From the human T2T-CHM13v2.0 reference genome, Homo sapiens, in the NCBI RefSeq assembly GCF_009914755.1, contig NC_060947.1: DNA of 64,000 nucleotides; one strand, 5' to 3'. The notes beneath the pieces are model-generated. The model searched no databases. It was not told where the DNA came from and was given only the letters and a program-made list of their open reading frames with translations. Below, in pieces: positions 16,031-63,223 of this stretch (positions are counted from its first letter, which is position 1; every line of letters starts with the position of its first letter). The position numbers and the translations under genes were made by a program.

Positions 16031-17463
16031 ATGCCGAGGGGTTCAGAAGGAAAATAGGAGAATACAAGGCTATCCACACCACTTCAGGCCCAGGCCACAT
16101 GGAAATCTGGGTGAGGTTCTGTATCTGTCGTTGGTGCATTTATGCATTTGTTAGATGTCAATGATAAAAACTAATTTCTAAGAATGTGTAGGAGTGGGTA
16201 AGTAGCTGGAGAACGTGATACCCAGGCCTTTCATATAGAAAAGAATAGCACATCACCCTGGCCAGCTGTGTGGCATGAACAATTGATCCTCCTCCACCAA
16301 GTATGTCCATTCTCCCTTTGCTAAATACAGTGGTGTAGGTTTGCAGAGCCTCTGCTCACATGGGAGGTTATGAAGGGGCTAATTGTTCAATTACCAACCC
16401 TCTCATAACTGTGCTAGTTGCAAACAAACTGTTTGAAAAGACTGTTTTGCTAAACTGTTCTCTTGGTGTGATTATAACCATTTACAGTAGCAAAATGCAG
16501 GAATCCAGAAGTTCTTACATTCCAGATGTTCATAACCATTCCACTCTCCTGGTTCCAGTGCAGTTTCAGTTGTACGATCTTTTCTAAGTTTATTGTTCTA
16601 AATTAAGACTTGCCATTCTTATGCTCATTAATTTGTTACAGGGAGAAAAAGCAATTAGAATGAAAATCAGTTGAGTATTTATAAATTACAGTTGTTTAAG
16701 TATACATCTTGTTCAGTGTAGTCAAAAATTCTCCATTGGTATTGACACCCACAAAAATGGTCAGATTCTGTTGAAGATGCACATAAGCCTTAAATTTCAC
16801 TTCCTACTTTAAAAATTGGTGACGATGTGAAAATGTCTAAGAGAGTCCACATTTCCTGTTTTAGATAAGATGAAATAGCCACTCACCAAGGTGCCTGTCT
16901 TCCGAGTTTATTCACCGTTACATTCAAGACTTGCCTGCTCTGAAATTCTACTGTGACCTTAAAAGTGCCCAGCATTGATATGTTTTATGCCAAATTCTAT
17001 TCCCTTTCTTGCTTTCCAGACCGAACAGCAAGCGAGTTGTCTGGACTGTCAGACACAACACTGTCCCTCTTCCCCGAAGTCTCTGTACATCCCTTTGCTG
17101 GTGCCTCCTTCTCCGTTCACTTCTCAACTACTACTGTCCTCAAGATGATGTTCTTTTTACCCTCCCACATCTGTGCCTGTAGTAATATGTCACTCTCTTC
17201 CTCCTGAAGTCTGAGTCCCATCCCCAGTCTCTCTGCTGATCCCCCAAGTCTGAGTGTCCACTCCCAATCTCTCCAGTGACTCCTCCCCTCCAAGTCACGG
17301 TGTGTATCCCCAACTTCTCCATTGCCATCCATACTGATATTTTGAATGACACTTCACGAGCACTCTTTAATGTAAACCCACACTTGGTACCATCACCATT
17401 TCCCTACCACAGTCTGTCCACTTCAAAGACAAGCTTCCTCTATCCTGTGATTATGTCACTCTT

Positions 17464-17804
17464 TGCCTTAGTCCATTCGAGCTGCTATGACAAAATACCA
17501 TAAACAACAGAGATTTTTTTCTCACATTTCTGCAGGCTGGGAGTCCAACATCAAGGTGTGGGAGATTCAGTGTCTGGTGGGGACCCGCTTCCTGGTTCAT
17601 AGATGGCGCCTTCTCCCTGTGTCCTCACGTGGTGGAAGAGGCAAGGGAGCTCTCTGGGGTCTCTTGTATAAGGACACTCATCCCATTCATGAGGGCTCCA
17701 CCCTCATCACCTCCCAAAGGCCCCACCTCCTAATGCCATCCCCTTGGGGGTTAGATTTCAATATATGAATTTAGAAGGGCGGAGAGAAGCATTCAGAATT
17801 AGCA
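17464..17804 (-). mobile_element. MLT1A-like MaLR solo LTR
   Basis: ttagtccattcgagctgctatgacaaaatacca ... ggccccacctcctaat ... cattcagaattagca; near-TSD ctctt/ctgtt. Confidence 0.85.
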
Positions 17805-17964
17805 CTGTTTAGTAGAAAAACATCAGGATTGTGTTCAAACATTTTTTTCCATGTTATCTTTCCTACTGCCTCCTTGTCTTCAGTTCCCTCCCCACCACCT
17901 GGCACCCAGATATCCTACCCTTGTCAGTGTTACCTCTATCCCCCCATCACTGTTTTGTTGTAGT

Positions 17965-18185
17965 AACAATATCTCACATTTGTCAAGCACTTGCTGTGTG
18001 CCAGGCATGATTCTAAATATTGACAGATGAAACTGTTTATTCCTACCAATCCCTAGGAAGTAGAAACAGCTCCATCCTCATTTACAGATGAGAAACCCAA
18101 GGTACTGAGAAGGTCCTGCCCTACCCAAGTCACTTCAAGGAGGTCATACAGCTGGGATTCAGAACACCATCCATCTGGCTTTGGA
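17965..18185 (-). mobile_element. MIR SINE
   Basis: agcacttgctgtgtgccaggca, catttacagatgagaaacccaaggtactgaga, gctgggattcagaac. Confidence 0.7.
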
Positions 18186-18325
18186 ATCTTTCTCATTTTT
18201 TCATTTATTCAACATTCATTGAAAATAATGTAATAAAAATTATATATGTGTATCTATATCTACCTATAGATGCATATGTATATATGTATATATAGCTATC
18301 ATGTGCTACGTGATGCTTTCAAATA

Positions 18326-19488
<1,163 letters not shown>

Positions 19489-20208
19489 AATCTTAGTTCT
19501 TTGCTCGTTATCTGAATTTTCACCATATTTGCATACACCTGGAGTATTTTCTTAAATTGAAACAGTTGCTTTTTATTAGATATACCAATACCTGTTAGTT
19601 TACGAGTTTCATTTAGTTCTATTGTTCGCATAACATACATTTAAATAGCTATTAAATTTCAAACATTTGTCCTCACGCTACTTAAAATTATTTTGAGTAC
19701 CGTCAGAAATGTGGAGGCCACAAGAGAGTACTTGAATGCAGCAGTTGTCACCTTTTCTCCAGCAGCTTGAGAAAGGGCATAGAGTGCTATCTGAGCTGGA
19801 TTTGAACCAGAAGTTTTTAGGCAAAGTAAGAAGAGCACTTCAAGAAAAATAAAGAGCAAACCCCAGCATTTTTGAGGAGAATGCGCCATCTTGGTGATAC
19901 GGACCTAGGACACATGATGGCAGGAAGGAGGAAAAGATGCTGGCAAGTAGGGTTAGTGGCACATTAACACCAGCTGAGACACGGGAACCTGTCCAGTTAG
20001 AAGCCGTTGATTCATTGTTGAAAGATAAAACTGGACGTAGTGTGAGTAAAGGATGACCTGCCTGCTTGGTGAAAAATTAGTAACCACAGAGGTGGCTGTC
20101 AAAACCAACCAGCAACCAGGGAAAATGCTTATAGTGTGCTAGGTAAAAGAGAACAGGGATACAATATTCTGTGACCATGATGATTATACATAGAAATTAA
20201 GACGCACA

Positions 20209-20638
<430 letters not shown>

Positions 20639-21959
20639 TTATATTCCCAAAGTCATATCTTGACTTTTGTTTGAGTGTGATTTGCAATGGTGCTATCCGT
20701 CGTAAATCTCTGGTTTAGCATTCATGCTGTCTTCCAATTTCCAAATATTGAATCCAGAATTCATGAGTGTTCCAAGGTGCTGGAGACCACACTGTAGGGC
20801 TGGAGGACATGAGCGTCTCTGCACCTAGCTCTTCCTAGTAGCTGACTTGCAGCAGGAGCTGAGGCTTCTCCTGGCATCACCTCCACTACAATTCTCTGTG
20901 AGCATTTCCAGGAAGCAGCACCCCCTACCCTAGCCGAGGCCCGTCCAAGGTTGTCTCGTTGTCCTAGCCCGCCATTGCCCTGGGAGGAAGTAGCCACATG
21001 AGTTTATGGCCTGAGTAATGCTTTTCCCTCCTGGATGCTCCCCACATCTAGAGGATATGAAAATAGTCTTGGCAAGGGTGCCTGGTCTGCGCTTGTCAGC
21101 GGCCTGAGCTGTATTCAGCCACCACCCTTGGGGTCCAGGCCAGATGTTATGGCAAAACCCTATTTTAACGAGATCCTTCTGGTATTTCTTTTGGACGCCG
21201 TCCGAGGCAGCTTCATTTTACGCTAAATTCCATGTTATGGTGGGTCATCTCAAACAGGTCTGCAGCACATAAAAATGTTCTCACTGCACTCTGTTTTCTG
21301 TAGCAAAATGTTGTTGGAGGTTAGGATGGGAGTTGAGGACTGGGCCTTGAGGGTTTTTTTCATATAAACACATTAAAATGGAAAGCTGATATGAACACGT
21401 TCAGTGATATAGACTGCAAAGGCAAAAAGAATTCTCCCCAGCATATTTTTTTTTCTTTTTACCATGGATGTAATTGGAGTTTACATATGATAAGAACTGC
21501 TTCTTGGGCAGAAAATGTAATCCTCTGGTGAGACTAATCCATCATTGTTGAAGTGAAGGGAACTGGTAGTGAATTCGCCCCACAGATGAAGATAGGATTT
21601 CTAATTCCCTCGCCTTTTCTGTTTACTGTTCCTAACTCCGTGAGAGTGTGCGTGTGTGTCTGTGTTTTCTTCACCATTTGATTTTTCATCCCGGCTCCCA
21701 CTTCCTCATCCTTGGCCTCTCTCGCATCTTTATTTTTATCACACCCTCCCCACCTCCACCACCTTGTCCCAGCACTGAGAGGAAAGTGGGCAGCTTTCCA
21801 GGCAGCTGCAGTCCTGCTGGAGAAACCTTTATGATCCAGGAAATATTGACTGAGGAGAAGCTGTGCTGACTCCGCTATGAATAAGGAGGTTGGAAAACTG
21901 TCAGCATTTGCAGAAACAAAAGGAAGTGCTACATATACGTTTTGGTTTCATAATGACTG

Positions 21960-22400
21960 TATTGTAAAACCCCTTCTCTTTAGCCTACTAGATTGGACAA
22001 GTGTGTTAACCAGTGGCTGTTTGGTATCCATTGATCATAGAGCTAGACCAACAACCAAAGTTGTTTACCTCTCATAAGGTGGCTTTTGCAGGCGTGCCAA
22101 AATCATATTATGAAACTCCCAGCCACAAATTCTGACATGTATTTTCACTTCCTATCCAATAAGGGATATCCCCACCCCTTTACTCCCCGACTACTGTAGT
22201 CATAAAGGTACACTCCTAGTTCCTCCCTCTCTCTTTCTCAGCTTCTCGGTCCCTGTGTGTGATAAGGTTTCTTGTTGCCCTGTGTGGCATGGTGTGGCAC
22301 GCCCCAGCATACTCCCTTCCTTGGGAACTGAGTAATAAATTCTTTCAATGGCATTAGCCTCTTTGTGTTGTCACTCAGTCACCTCCATAAATTAAAACCC
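21960..22400 (+). mobile_element. Possible old LTR (family not identified)
   Basis: Order of CCAAT, TATA-like cataaa, CT-rich stretch and AATAAA resembles U3-R-U5. Confidence 0.35.
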
Positions 22401-22699
22401 TTCAGGTTTTGTTGGCACTGTAAGGTAATTTATTTTCTCTACATAGGATTTTAGAATTGAAAGGGACCTTGTAGATCATTGAATTCCACCTGTCCATGGG
22501 TCAGAAAAGGGAGCTGGGGAAACTGTTAGGGGGCAGATCCAGGCCTTGGAGCACCTGGTTAAATGTGTTCTCCCCATAAGCCTAAGAAATGGTACCAAAT
22601 TCTTATGTCATTGCATCCAATATGGTCCTTCCTTCTTTCTTCTCTTCTGTTTCTTTCCTTTGCTCTCAAGACTGGTGTATCACTTTGTCTCCCAGGCTG

Positions 22700-22845
22700 A
22701 AGTAAAGTGTGTTTGTTATATTGCAGTGGTTTTTTATTCGTATTATTATCATCATATTGTTTTTTGTTGTTTTTTTCTGGATATTTTTGATCTGTGGTTG
22801 GTTGATTTGGTGGACGCAGAACTATCGGATATGGAGAGTCAACTG
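22700..22845 (-). mobile_element. MER2/Tigger2-like terminal fragment
   Basis: atatttttgatctgtggttggttga...ggatatggagagtcaactg-TA; reverse-complement homolog of 18326-18390. Confidence 0.7.
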
Positions 22846-22855
22846 TATATAAAAT

Positions 22856-23077
22856 CAGGTCAGCACACTTTTCCTGTAGAGGAGCAGATAGTAAATATCC
22901 TCAGCTTTATGAGCCATGTGGTCTCTGTTGCACCTACTCAACTCTCCCATTGTAGTGTGAAAATAGCCATAGACAACACATCAACTCATGGGTGTGGTTG
23001 TATCTCAATAAAACTTTATTTACACACACTGGCAGTGAGCCAGACTTGGTCTGTGGGCCTCAGTTTGCAAGCCCATG
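22856..23077 (-). mobile_element. MER58A hAT-Charlie element
   Basis: cagatagtaaatat...ggtctctgttgcacctactcaactct...gccatagacaa...caataaaactttattta. Confidence 0.8.
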
Positions 23078-23799
23078 ATCTAGGCAATGCACAGATAGCA
23101 GATGGTGTCCCTCAGCTTTGGATAGCTGTAAGTATTACAAGTATGTGAGTCTGTTAAATACTTAATAAAAATTCCAGTTTTAATGTTACAAATTGATACC
23201 CTTGGTATTTGTTTTAGCTGAAGATGCAAAACCAACTCCACAGCTGCCTGAGTATTAAATTCTACTTTTCTCTGCCAAATAAGCAGTATTTCTAAAGGCC
23301 AGTGATTGATAACTTAGCAGATTTTGCTGATGAATCAGGCCAACATTAGCTGAGCATAGTAGTACACTGTATAACTCAAATGGTTTGTGAAGTCATTTGT
23401 GAGGGGTGTGGTTTAGCAGTGTCATAATTGCAAGAAACGCAATACATGTACTTGGTTTGTTTTAAATGTTTATGTTGCCTAGTTAGATGAGACAAATTCT
23501 TATACAGACTGTTTCCTCTCTTGTGAGACTATTACACGTTTTATTCCAAATGGACAGGACTTTACATGGAAGATCCTACCATCCTTTATAAAATGTCATC
23601 CTTTGTGTAAGCCTTTCAGTTTATCATGATTATACTCTTTTTTTTCTCCCTGGGAATAATTTTACCTCATCTGGTTATGCTCTGTTACTGTGTGTTATGT
23701 TATCTAAGGTCTATGACCAACTGCATGCAGAGGGTGGCTTGCTTTTCAATAGCAACAACCAAGAACCAAGCAGAAATGTAAGGAGAGTAGAGCTGGGGG

Positions 23800-24015
23800 T
23801 AGTGGCCTTTCAGGGTGTCAATTCCCCAACCATGGTGGGGTTGATGGGACAATATTGGAAACATTTTTGGTTGTTACAATGGGAGTGTGCTACTGGCATC
23901 TAGTGGGTAGAGGCCGGGGGTGCTGCTCAACATCGTACAATGCATGGGACTGTGTCCCCCACAGCAAGGAATGAGCCAGCCTAAAAGTCAGCCATGCTGT
24001 GGTTGAGAAGCCCTG
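23800..24015 (+). mobile_element. MER20
   Basis: acatttttggttgttacaa...gctactggcatctagtgggtagaggcc...ggttgagaagccctg. Confidence 0.8.
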
Positions 24016-24509
24016 CTGTCAAGAGATTCATCAGGAATACGCCTCCTAAGTAGGTGGCAAGCCTAGCGTCTTCAGGAATGTCTCTAGGCTAGCCTACTGG
24101 TGACACCAAGGACACTAACCCATCACCCTCACACGATCTTTCATCGAGGTACCACCAAGCTCTTTGTTCTCCTGCCCTTTAACTACTTCTGCACCTGCCG
24201 CAGGGGCAGTCCTTGGTGCTTCGTTTATCATTGACATTCTGGTCTTTGTTCCTACGGATGTCTTGTTGGGCAGAAGAGATGTGTTCAGAGATGCGGGAAA
24301 GCTGAGGAGGCACAAGGCACCGAAGTCTCACCACTCTGGCAGACTGCATATGAATGTGCCCATTAGCCCTGGAGTCCAAGTGGGAGGGGTGAGATGCTGG
24401 CAGGTGTGGAGGCAGGCATTACCTTCCGCAGCACCCTGGCACCTGGTTCTGGCAACTGTGGCCTAAGAGGAAGTGGTCAAGCAGCCTCTAGTACATAGTC
24501 CTTGGGCAT

Positions 24510-24861
24510 TGTCTTAGTTAGTATGGGCTATAACCAACACCTTAGACTGGGTAATTTATATACAACCAAAGTGTATTGCTCACAGTCCTGGAGGCTGGGA
24601 AGTCCAAGATCAAGACGCCAGCAGATTTGGTGTCTGGTGAGGTCCTGTTTCACATGGATGGCTCCTTCTGTGTCTTCACATGGTGGAAGGTGCAGGGGAG
24701 CTTGCTTGAGCCTCTTTTATAGGGACACTGATCCCATTCACGAGAGTGGATCCCTCATGATTTAATTGCTTCCTGAAGGCCCCACCTCTTAATACCGTCA
24801 CTTTGGGGATTTGTCTCCCACATACAAATCTGGGGGGGACACAAACATTCAGAACGTAGCA
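24510..24861 (-). mobile_element. MLT1A-like MaLR solo LTR with 5-bp TSD GGCAT
   Basis: TG...CA termini; ctggaggctgggaagtccaagatcaag; GGCAT at 24505-24509 and 24862-24866. Confidence 0.88.
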
Positions 24862-27800
24862 GGCATCTTCCTGTCCCAGAATGAATATCAGAACTAGCAA
24901 ATATCCTAGCAGCCATTTCATCTGACATCCTTATTGTTCCAACAAGGAAAGCTGGGACAGCAACCTTTCCACTCACTGTGGTCTCCTCTCCATCAAATGT
25001 GTTGGGGGTCTGGCTGCTGTCCCATCTATGTGTCTCATCAGCACCTCAAGGTACTTTTTATCCCTATATCACAGAGGAGGAAATGCAGGCCCAGCCAAAT
25101 GAAGCGACATGGGCCAGGCACCAGTGGCAGAACGAGGACAGAACCCAGCCATCCTGCCTGCTGCTGACATTTTCTCCATCCAGCCCTCCTGCTTGCCTTC
25201 ATGAGACCACATGGCCAGAAATCAGTAAGAAAATCTTGCAAGCAAATGGACTGAAAAACCATTGCTCTAGAGGCCATGTAGAGATCCATTCAGAGAAATG
25301 CAGCTAGTGAAAATTTCAGCAAATAGGAGGACTTCTGTTAACCATGGCATGGAATGCACATCTCCCAGGTCTTTATGAAGGTGCCTAATTTCCAGTCATG
25401 ACCTACCCTCTCCAAAAGAGGACCCAAGCTGATGAAAGACCTTCGAGGTACCCCTGTAGAACTTTATCCTGCACATTTGTCATTGTGCATCTGCACAGGA
25501 TATTCCTTTCGGCAGACGACTTTCAGCTCTTTGCAGAAGTCTCAGACGCCACATCCTTAGTCCATCTTTACTGGTTCATCTCTTTGTTCCAAGAAGACTT
25601 AATTGAATGTGGATACTGTTGTCCACACGATCTAGAAATGAAATCTGTGTTGGAGAGCATAATCATGTAGAGAGATAAAGTTATACAGCCAAAACATGTA
25701 CTCAACATTAAAAACCCAGATGAGAGAGAAATCAAGGGCACACTCCCTCCGTGGGTTAGACTGAGCTTTGCACACCGTTCTTTGTGAGTTGCCTGAGCTG
25801 CACCCACGCTGGCTGCTGTCCAGAGCTGCCAGTGGTCTAGCTGAGCAGCCAGGTGGAAATGGAGTCTGTGTCCATGCAGGGAATTCAAGAATTTTGGTTC
25901 CTGTGCTTGTGGGTGGGTCTTGGAGTGTAAAGTAAAAAGCGGAATCTCGGAGTCACATAGTCTACGGTTCACAGTTTAGTTCAGCGTCATATCACATGAT
26001 CCTTGGGCGGGTTACCTGATGTCTCCAATGTTTGTCCTTATGTGTGAAACAAAAACAGTACCAACTCCAAACAGCTGCTACAAAGACTGAGGTAGTGGAC
26101 AGAGTGCCCAGGTTTGGTTGAAGATGGTAATGTGGTCAGAATCGGCTCTGTTTCACAGAGCATGTGACTGCAAGTACCAGTTCTGTGGCCCAGTGCTGCT
26201 TGCGGGAATGAATGAGTCAGAGTGGATGAATGAAATGTCCCAGGAGCACGAGACTTTCCTTCCACAATTGCTCCATCAGCCATGAGGTTTGCTTGTCAGG
26301 TGCCGTCATCAGCACATAATGCTGCATTCTGGTGCATTCAGTAGATGTTTCTAGATACTGTTTCATGGTGGCTAAGAGTGGTTTCTGGCACCCAGGCTTA
26401 GATCTCAGCCCCACCCCTACAAACTGAGCAACAGGAGGCTGTCAGTTACCCTCAAAAGATCTCAGAGACTGATTGATCAAGGGGAAAGCGGCAGTGACAG
26501 AATGATGCTGAGAAGCTTGAAGCCATTTAGTAGGAGCCACGTGAGTGGCCCCCATCAGCCGTGAGAGTCATGATGTCTATGAGAGAGGAATCACTGTGGC
26601 CCAGAGTAGATAAGGAAGATTCCATGTAGTGGATCGTCAAGCCAAGAATGCAGTGAGGTCCCGCTTTATCCATTGACTGGGGTTTTTCTCTTCCACACTT
26701 TGCCAAAGACCTCAATGATAAAAGCTTGCAGGTAAAACTCTGTATAGCATTGGCAGAGAATAGAGTCGTTGGTGAACCCAAGGGTGGGTTGCTTCATTTT
26801 GGTAGGAGTGGGTAGGAGAAAAGGAAGGTGGATAGAGAGAAAGCAAGTTAGAAGGAAAAGGTAAGGTTGTTGTAAACAGCCTTGGCTTATATCCTCCAAA
26901 AACACAGGGGCGGAGGAACCCTTGGGGATAGGGGAACCTGGAAGGGCGTCCTTTGGAACCTAATGTAGGCAGTTATAGTTCTGTAAAGAAATATGCAAGG
27001 CTCTGTGCAATTGATTGTAAAATTAATAGCAGCTACCCTATTACTCTGTTAGATAAATCTCAACTACACATTTGATATGTTCTTTACAACCTGGCGGTGG
27101 GGACAGAACAGAGGGTGGATTGAGGAGGAGGGAGAGTAGACAGAGAAAAGTGAAGTGTAAGAAAGCAGCAAGGAGAGCACAGCGCAGAGCTCGTCTCCTG
27201 GAGGAACATTCCCATCTGGTGAGCGTTTTGTTTATTGCAAGGTCAGTTTGCATTTGGATAAGGCGAGGCAGAAGGGCACTGATACGGAAGCAGAGGGAAG
27301 CCGGCTGCCACTGCCCCTCATTGGCTGAATGAAAGGCGGCGGAAGAGGAGCACCTGTCCAGCAAGGCTGACAGTCCTGCCTCCTGGGATAAGCAGATTCT
27401 CAGCCTGCAGAGTGGTCTAACCAGGGAGGTAGAGTGGCTGCTTTCCGAACTCCCTGCTTCCTGCTCATTTGCCTCATGCATGGAAGTTGTAAACAGTGTG
27501 AGAGTTGAAAGCCACACCATGGGAATGCCTTGGTGTCCACCCCACCTGTTGCCAGGAACCGAGCACTGGGGGTCCATGTTCCTCACACGAGATCCCCCCA
27601 TGATGTCCACCTCCCAAGGATTTCAAGCTCCTGTGCACCCTCAGGCCGCCTCTGCACCAAGCAAAGTGACCCAGCCCTGCCAGGCGGGGTTGCCTGTTTT
27701 AGGAAACTCCCTGCAGCAGCCTAGGCTTGCTGGCAGTGGGATGCCACCTCCCTCTCTCTCCTTGATGAAGGGCTGTCGCAGCTTCCTCATCACCCCCAGA

Positions 27801-28649
27801 CCTCCACATAGATGCCCTGCATCATTGCCTTCTTTCCTTGAAGCAGGCGCCATCCACAAGAGCAAGGCATGGCTTTCTGTGTATTCGGTCCTGACCCCCT
27901 TCCCAACAGCTTCATTCAAGAGCCTTCATCCAAAGCTGATCTGAAAACACCTTTAAATTGCCAAGCATCATTGATAGCAGCTTCCTAGAGCGGCAGTGAA
28001 AGAGATGCACTGGGGGAGGAGAGGAAAAGAGCCAGCATCAATTAGCAAAGAGAAAATTCCCAGTGTTTTGAGAAAATGACTCAGTGCCACACCAGTCAGT
28101 CCAGGACGGCCTCTTCTCCGTCTTCAGTTGTTGAGTTGTGATACACTTGCCCCGCGTGCCAGGAGGACTCAGGGTCAGCGTTTGCTGTTCCCTCATCTTG
28201 GGCTGAAGAAAGGTGCCCTGTGTGCTTTCAGGGGGTGACACAGAGAGGCTTCAGCATGAGCTTCTGCACAGTCTTACGAACCACGGAGTTTTGGTGGGGA
28301 GCCTGGAGCCAAATTTGAGTAACAGAAATGTCCAACCGGGGCATGCAGGGCAAACTATTGTCTGTTCTGCTTTGTTCTTAATAACACTGAAACGGTTCTA
28401 CCATTAAAGTCCCTTGTTTCATCACATACCAATCCTGGTCTTCCTGGGTCTGAAGTCCCTCCCTCTCTCCCTGCCCTTTCCCACCTTACTGAACCCAAAT
28501 CAGAAGCATCCCTGGGCATTCTGCAGCCGTGTCTGTCCCTGCAAATTAAGTGTGTTTGAAGTCTGCGGGCCACCTTCAGATCTCAATGGCTGCACCTCCC
28601 TCCTTCAATTCGGGTCTCACTCAACCTCAGCTTTCCCCTCTTGCCACAG

Positions 28650-60882
<32,233 letters not shown>

Positions 60883-61639
60883 CCACAAAATATTATCGAA
60901 AAAAGAAAAGAATTCTAATGACCAGCCGTGAATGTGTAGGGTTGCAGCTCTATTCTCCAAAACTGTAGGAACTTGACTTGCGTTAGAGTGTACTCTGAAA
61001 CCAACTCGTCTCTGGCCGCAGGAGTCTATATGTTTTCGTAATCTTCATCAAGAAGTTTTTAAAAGGCAAGCAAAAACAGAAGCAAATCATATCAAACGGG
61101 GATAGAATGGTTTCCACTGAGGACATTCAGCCTGGGAAGGAGGAAGTCACCAGCTCGAGGCGTGTGGATTGGTTTCCACCCGGAACAGGCTCTGTGATGG
61201 CTGAATGGAAAGAAACGTAAAAAGCTGTGCCAAAAAAAAAGCAAAATGCTGTGATAAACCAAACAGGGAAGGGGGAAAAACCCTCCTCCTTGGGATTTTT
61301 TTTTTTTGTTTTCCCTAACAATTTGGACACTACAATTGCTCTCACAAAGGAGGTTCAAAGACCAGTTTGTACCGATGAAACGCGCAACTTTGTAATCCCA
61401 ACACTTTCTATTTTCTAGAATCTTCTTTGTTCATTGGGTGGTTTTTCAGTCGGCTGGAATTCTATCTTCTGGGGGCCTTCCGTCTGAGATGGAAGCTGTC
61501 TTGGGCTTGTTGTCTCTTCCTTCTGTTGCTCCCTGCCCCTCCCCCTGTCTTTCCACTCTGTCTGGTGAGCTCTGCTTTTTCAGTGCACCATCAAGAGATG
61601 CAGCCCCGTGGACATGAAGACACAATCTCCCACGGACAG

Positions 61640-61750
61640 CTTTCCCCCTTCCGCCCTCTCCCACCCTCTCCTCCCCTTGCGCTCGCGCTCGCGCTCGCTT
61701 TCTCACTGGCGTGCTCTCTTTCTCTCTCTCTCTCCCTCTGTACCTTTCTC
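61640..61750 (+). repeat. Pyrimidine-rich tract with (GCGCTC)3 and (CT)n in the 3'UTR
   Basis: ttgcgctcgcgctcgcgctcgctttctc...tctctctctctctccctc. Confidence 0.85.
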
Positions 61751-63217
61751 ATAGTTGCTTCAGATCTTAGGTCTCAAGGGCACTTTGGCGCGTAGTAAGT
61801 GCTTTATGTAAGAAGGCAGGGCAGGGGGGCTTTTTACAGGAGAAAAAAAAATGACTTATAAGAGAAAGAGCCTGGAGTATTTTTGGAAAAAAAAATAATA
61901 TTTTTATGTTAAAACAATTTTAAAATCTTAAAATGGCCATCAGACATAGAGAGCTTTGTGTGATTCATGTTTTAAAAAGAACCGAAGAAGCCACAGGCAG
62001 GGCCTGAGGGAGCCCCTGGCTTTCCCCTCAGCCTCAGGAAAGGTGGTCAGGAAAACTCTGGCTGGACAAGGGTCAGTCTTCGGGGTCAGCAGCGAGATTG
62101 CTCTGCAGCCAGTGAGGGAGGTCCCCGCCATGCCGGCTGGAAGAAGAACCTCGCATCTTTTGGTGTGTATGCACCTTGGCAGCCAGCAGGAAAGCAGCGA
62201 AGAGCCGCGCGCCCTCTGGCCTCAAGGGAGCATTGGCAGAACCATAAGGTACTGCAGAAGCCGTCGAAACCGACTGCTCGGCTGGATTAGGCGTGTTGGC
62301 TACATCTTTCCCACAACCGTATAACGACCGATGGTCATTTCTCCAAGAGCAGGCTTGGCGAGTCCTTGCAGAGCTGACATAGAGGCGCCCGCATGTCACT
62401 TAGTCTAACGCTGACAGAAATGAATGCAGAAGGAAGATTTTCAGTCCTGAACGTGAATTATAGAGGTAGAACGTCGCTAATAATTTCTGCCATCTTTATA
62501 ATTTCTTTGTCTCACAGAAGACTAGGAGAAAGATCTTTTTTAAATAATCTTTTTGCTGTTTTTAAAAAATTAAACAAGGCTTTGTGTTCCTAGAAGAGCT
62601 TCATTTCAGTGAATCTGGTGACCTCCATCTGCTTGCTGTCATAACCCGACACGGACTTATTTTTGTCATTAGCAAGGGGGAAAAGGCCAAAGGACAAGGG
62701 CCTCTTCTCCCATTGGTTTTCCTGTGGGCAGAAGGGCTGAGGAAGATGGCCCAGCCCGTGGGGGCTGCTGGGTCACCAGCAGCGGGTAGGGTGCAATCTG
62801 GTGTGTGTTCCAGCAGTGAGACGGTGTTATTGTGAAGGTGGCATTCATCTGCGGAGCCAAAACCCAGCCATCGGGGAAGGGTCAGGGCTTCTGTGGAACT
62901 TGGAACGTGCCAGGACCACCTGCAAAAGCCAGGGTGCGTTGATCATTCTCAGATCATTGATTGGCCTCCACTTGGGTATGTGAATTATTCATGTCCCAGA
63001 AGACCAAAAAGTGCTCTGGTTCTGAGATGAGTATTTTATTCGTGTTCTGTTTCCGAAACACTTAGCAAAGAAGGTCACAGTGATGTGGAGTCGCCGCACC
63101 CATCTTTGAAGATAGCCAGTGTCCCTGGATGAGGTGATGATTTCCCGTCCCAAGGACTCTGTGAAGTTTAGAGTACAGTTTGTTGGGGTCCAAAAGACAC
63201 CATCTCTACCCCACCCA

Positions 63218-63223
63218 AATAAA
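63218..63223 (+). terminator. Candidate polyadenylation signal AATAAA in the TBL1X 3'UTR
   Basis: Canonical hexamer; use is not demonstrable from sequence. Confidence 0.35.

Noticed and set aside
22546-23148. 200-aa ORF as a new gene
   Set aside because: It starts at TTG, runs across MER2-like and MER58A relics, and has low complexity and no recognisable domain.
27041-27944. 189-aa (-) and 154-aa (+) ORFs
   Set aside because: No domain similarity or exon structure that I can recognise; such lengths are plausible by chance in GC-richer intron sequence.
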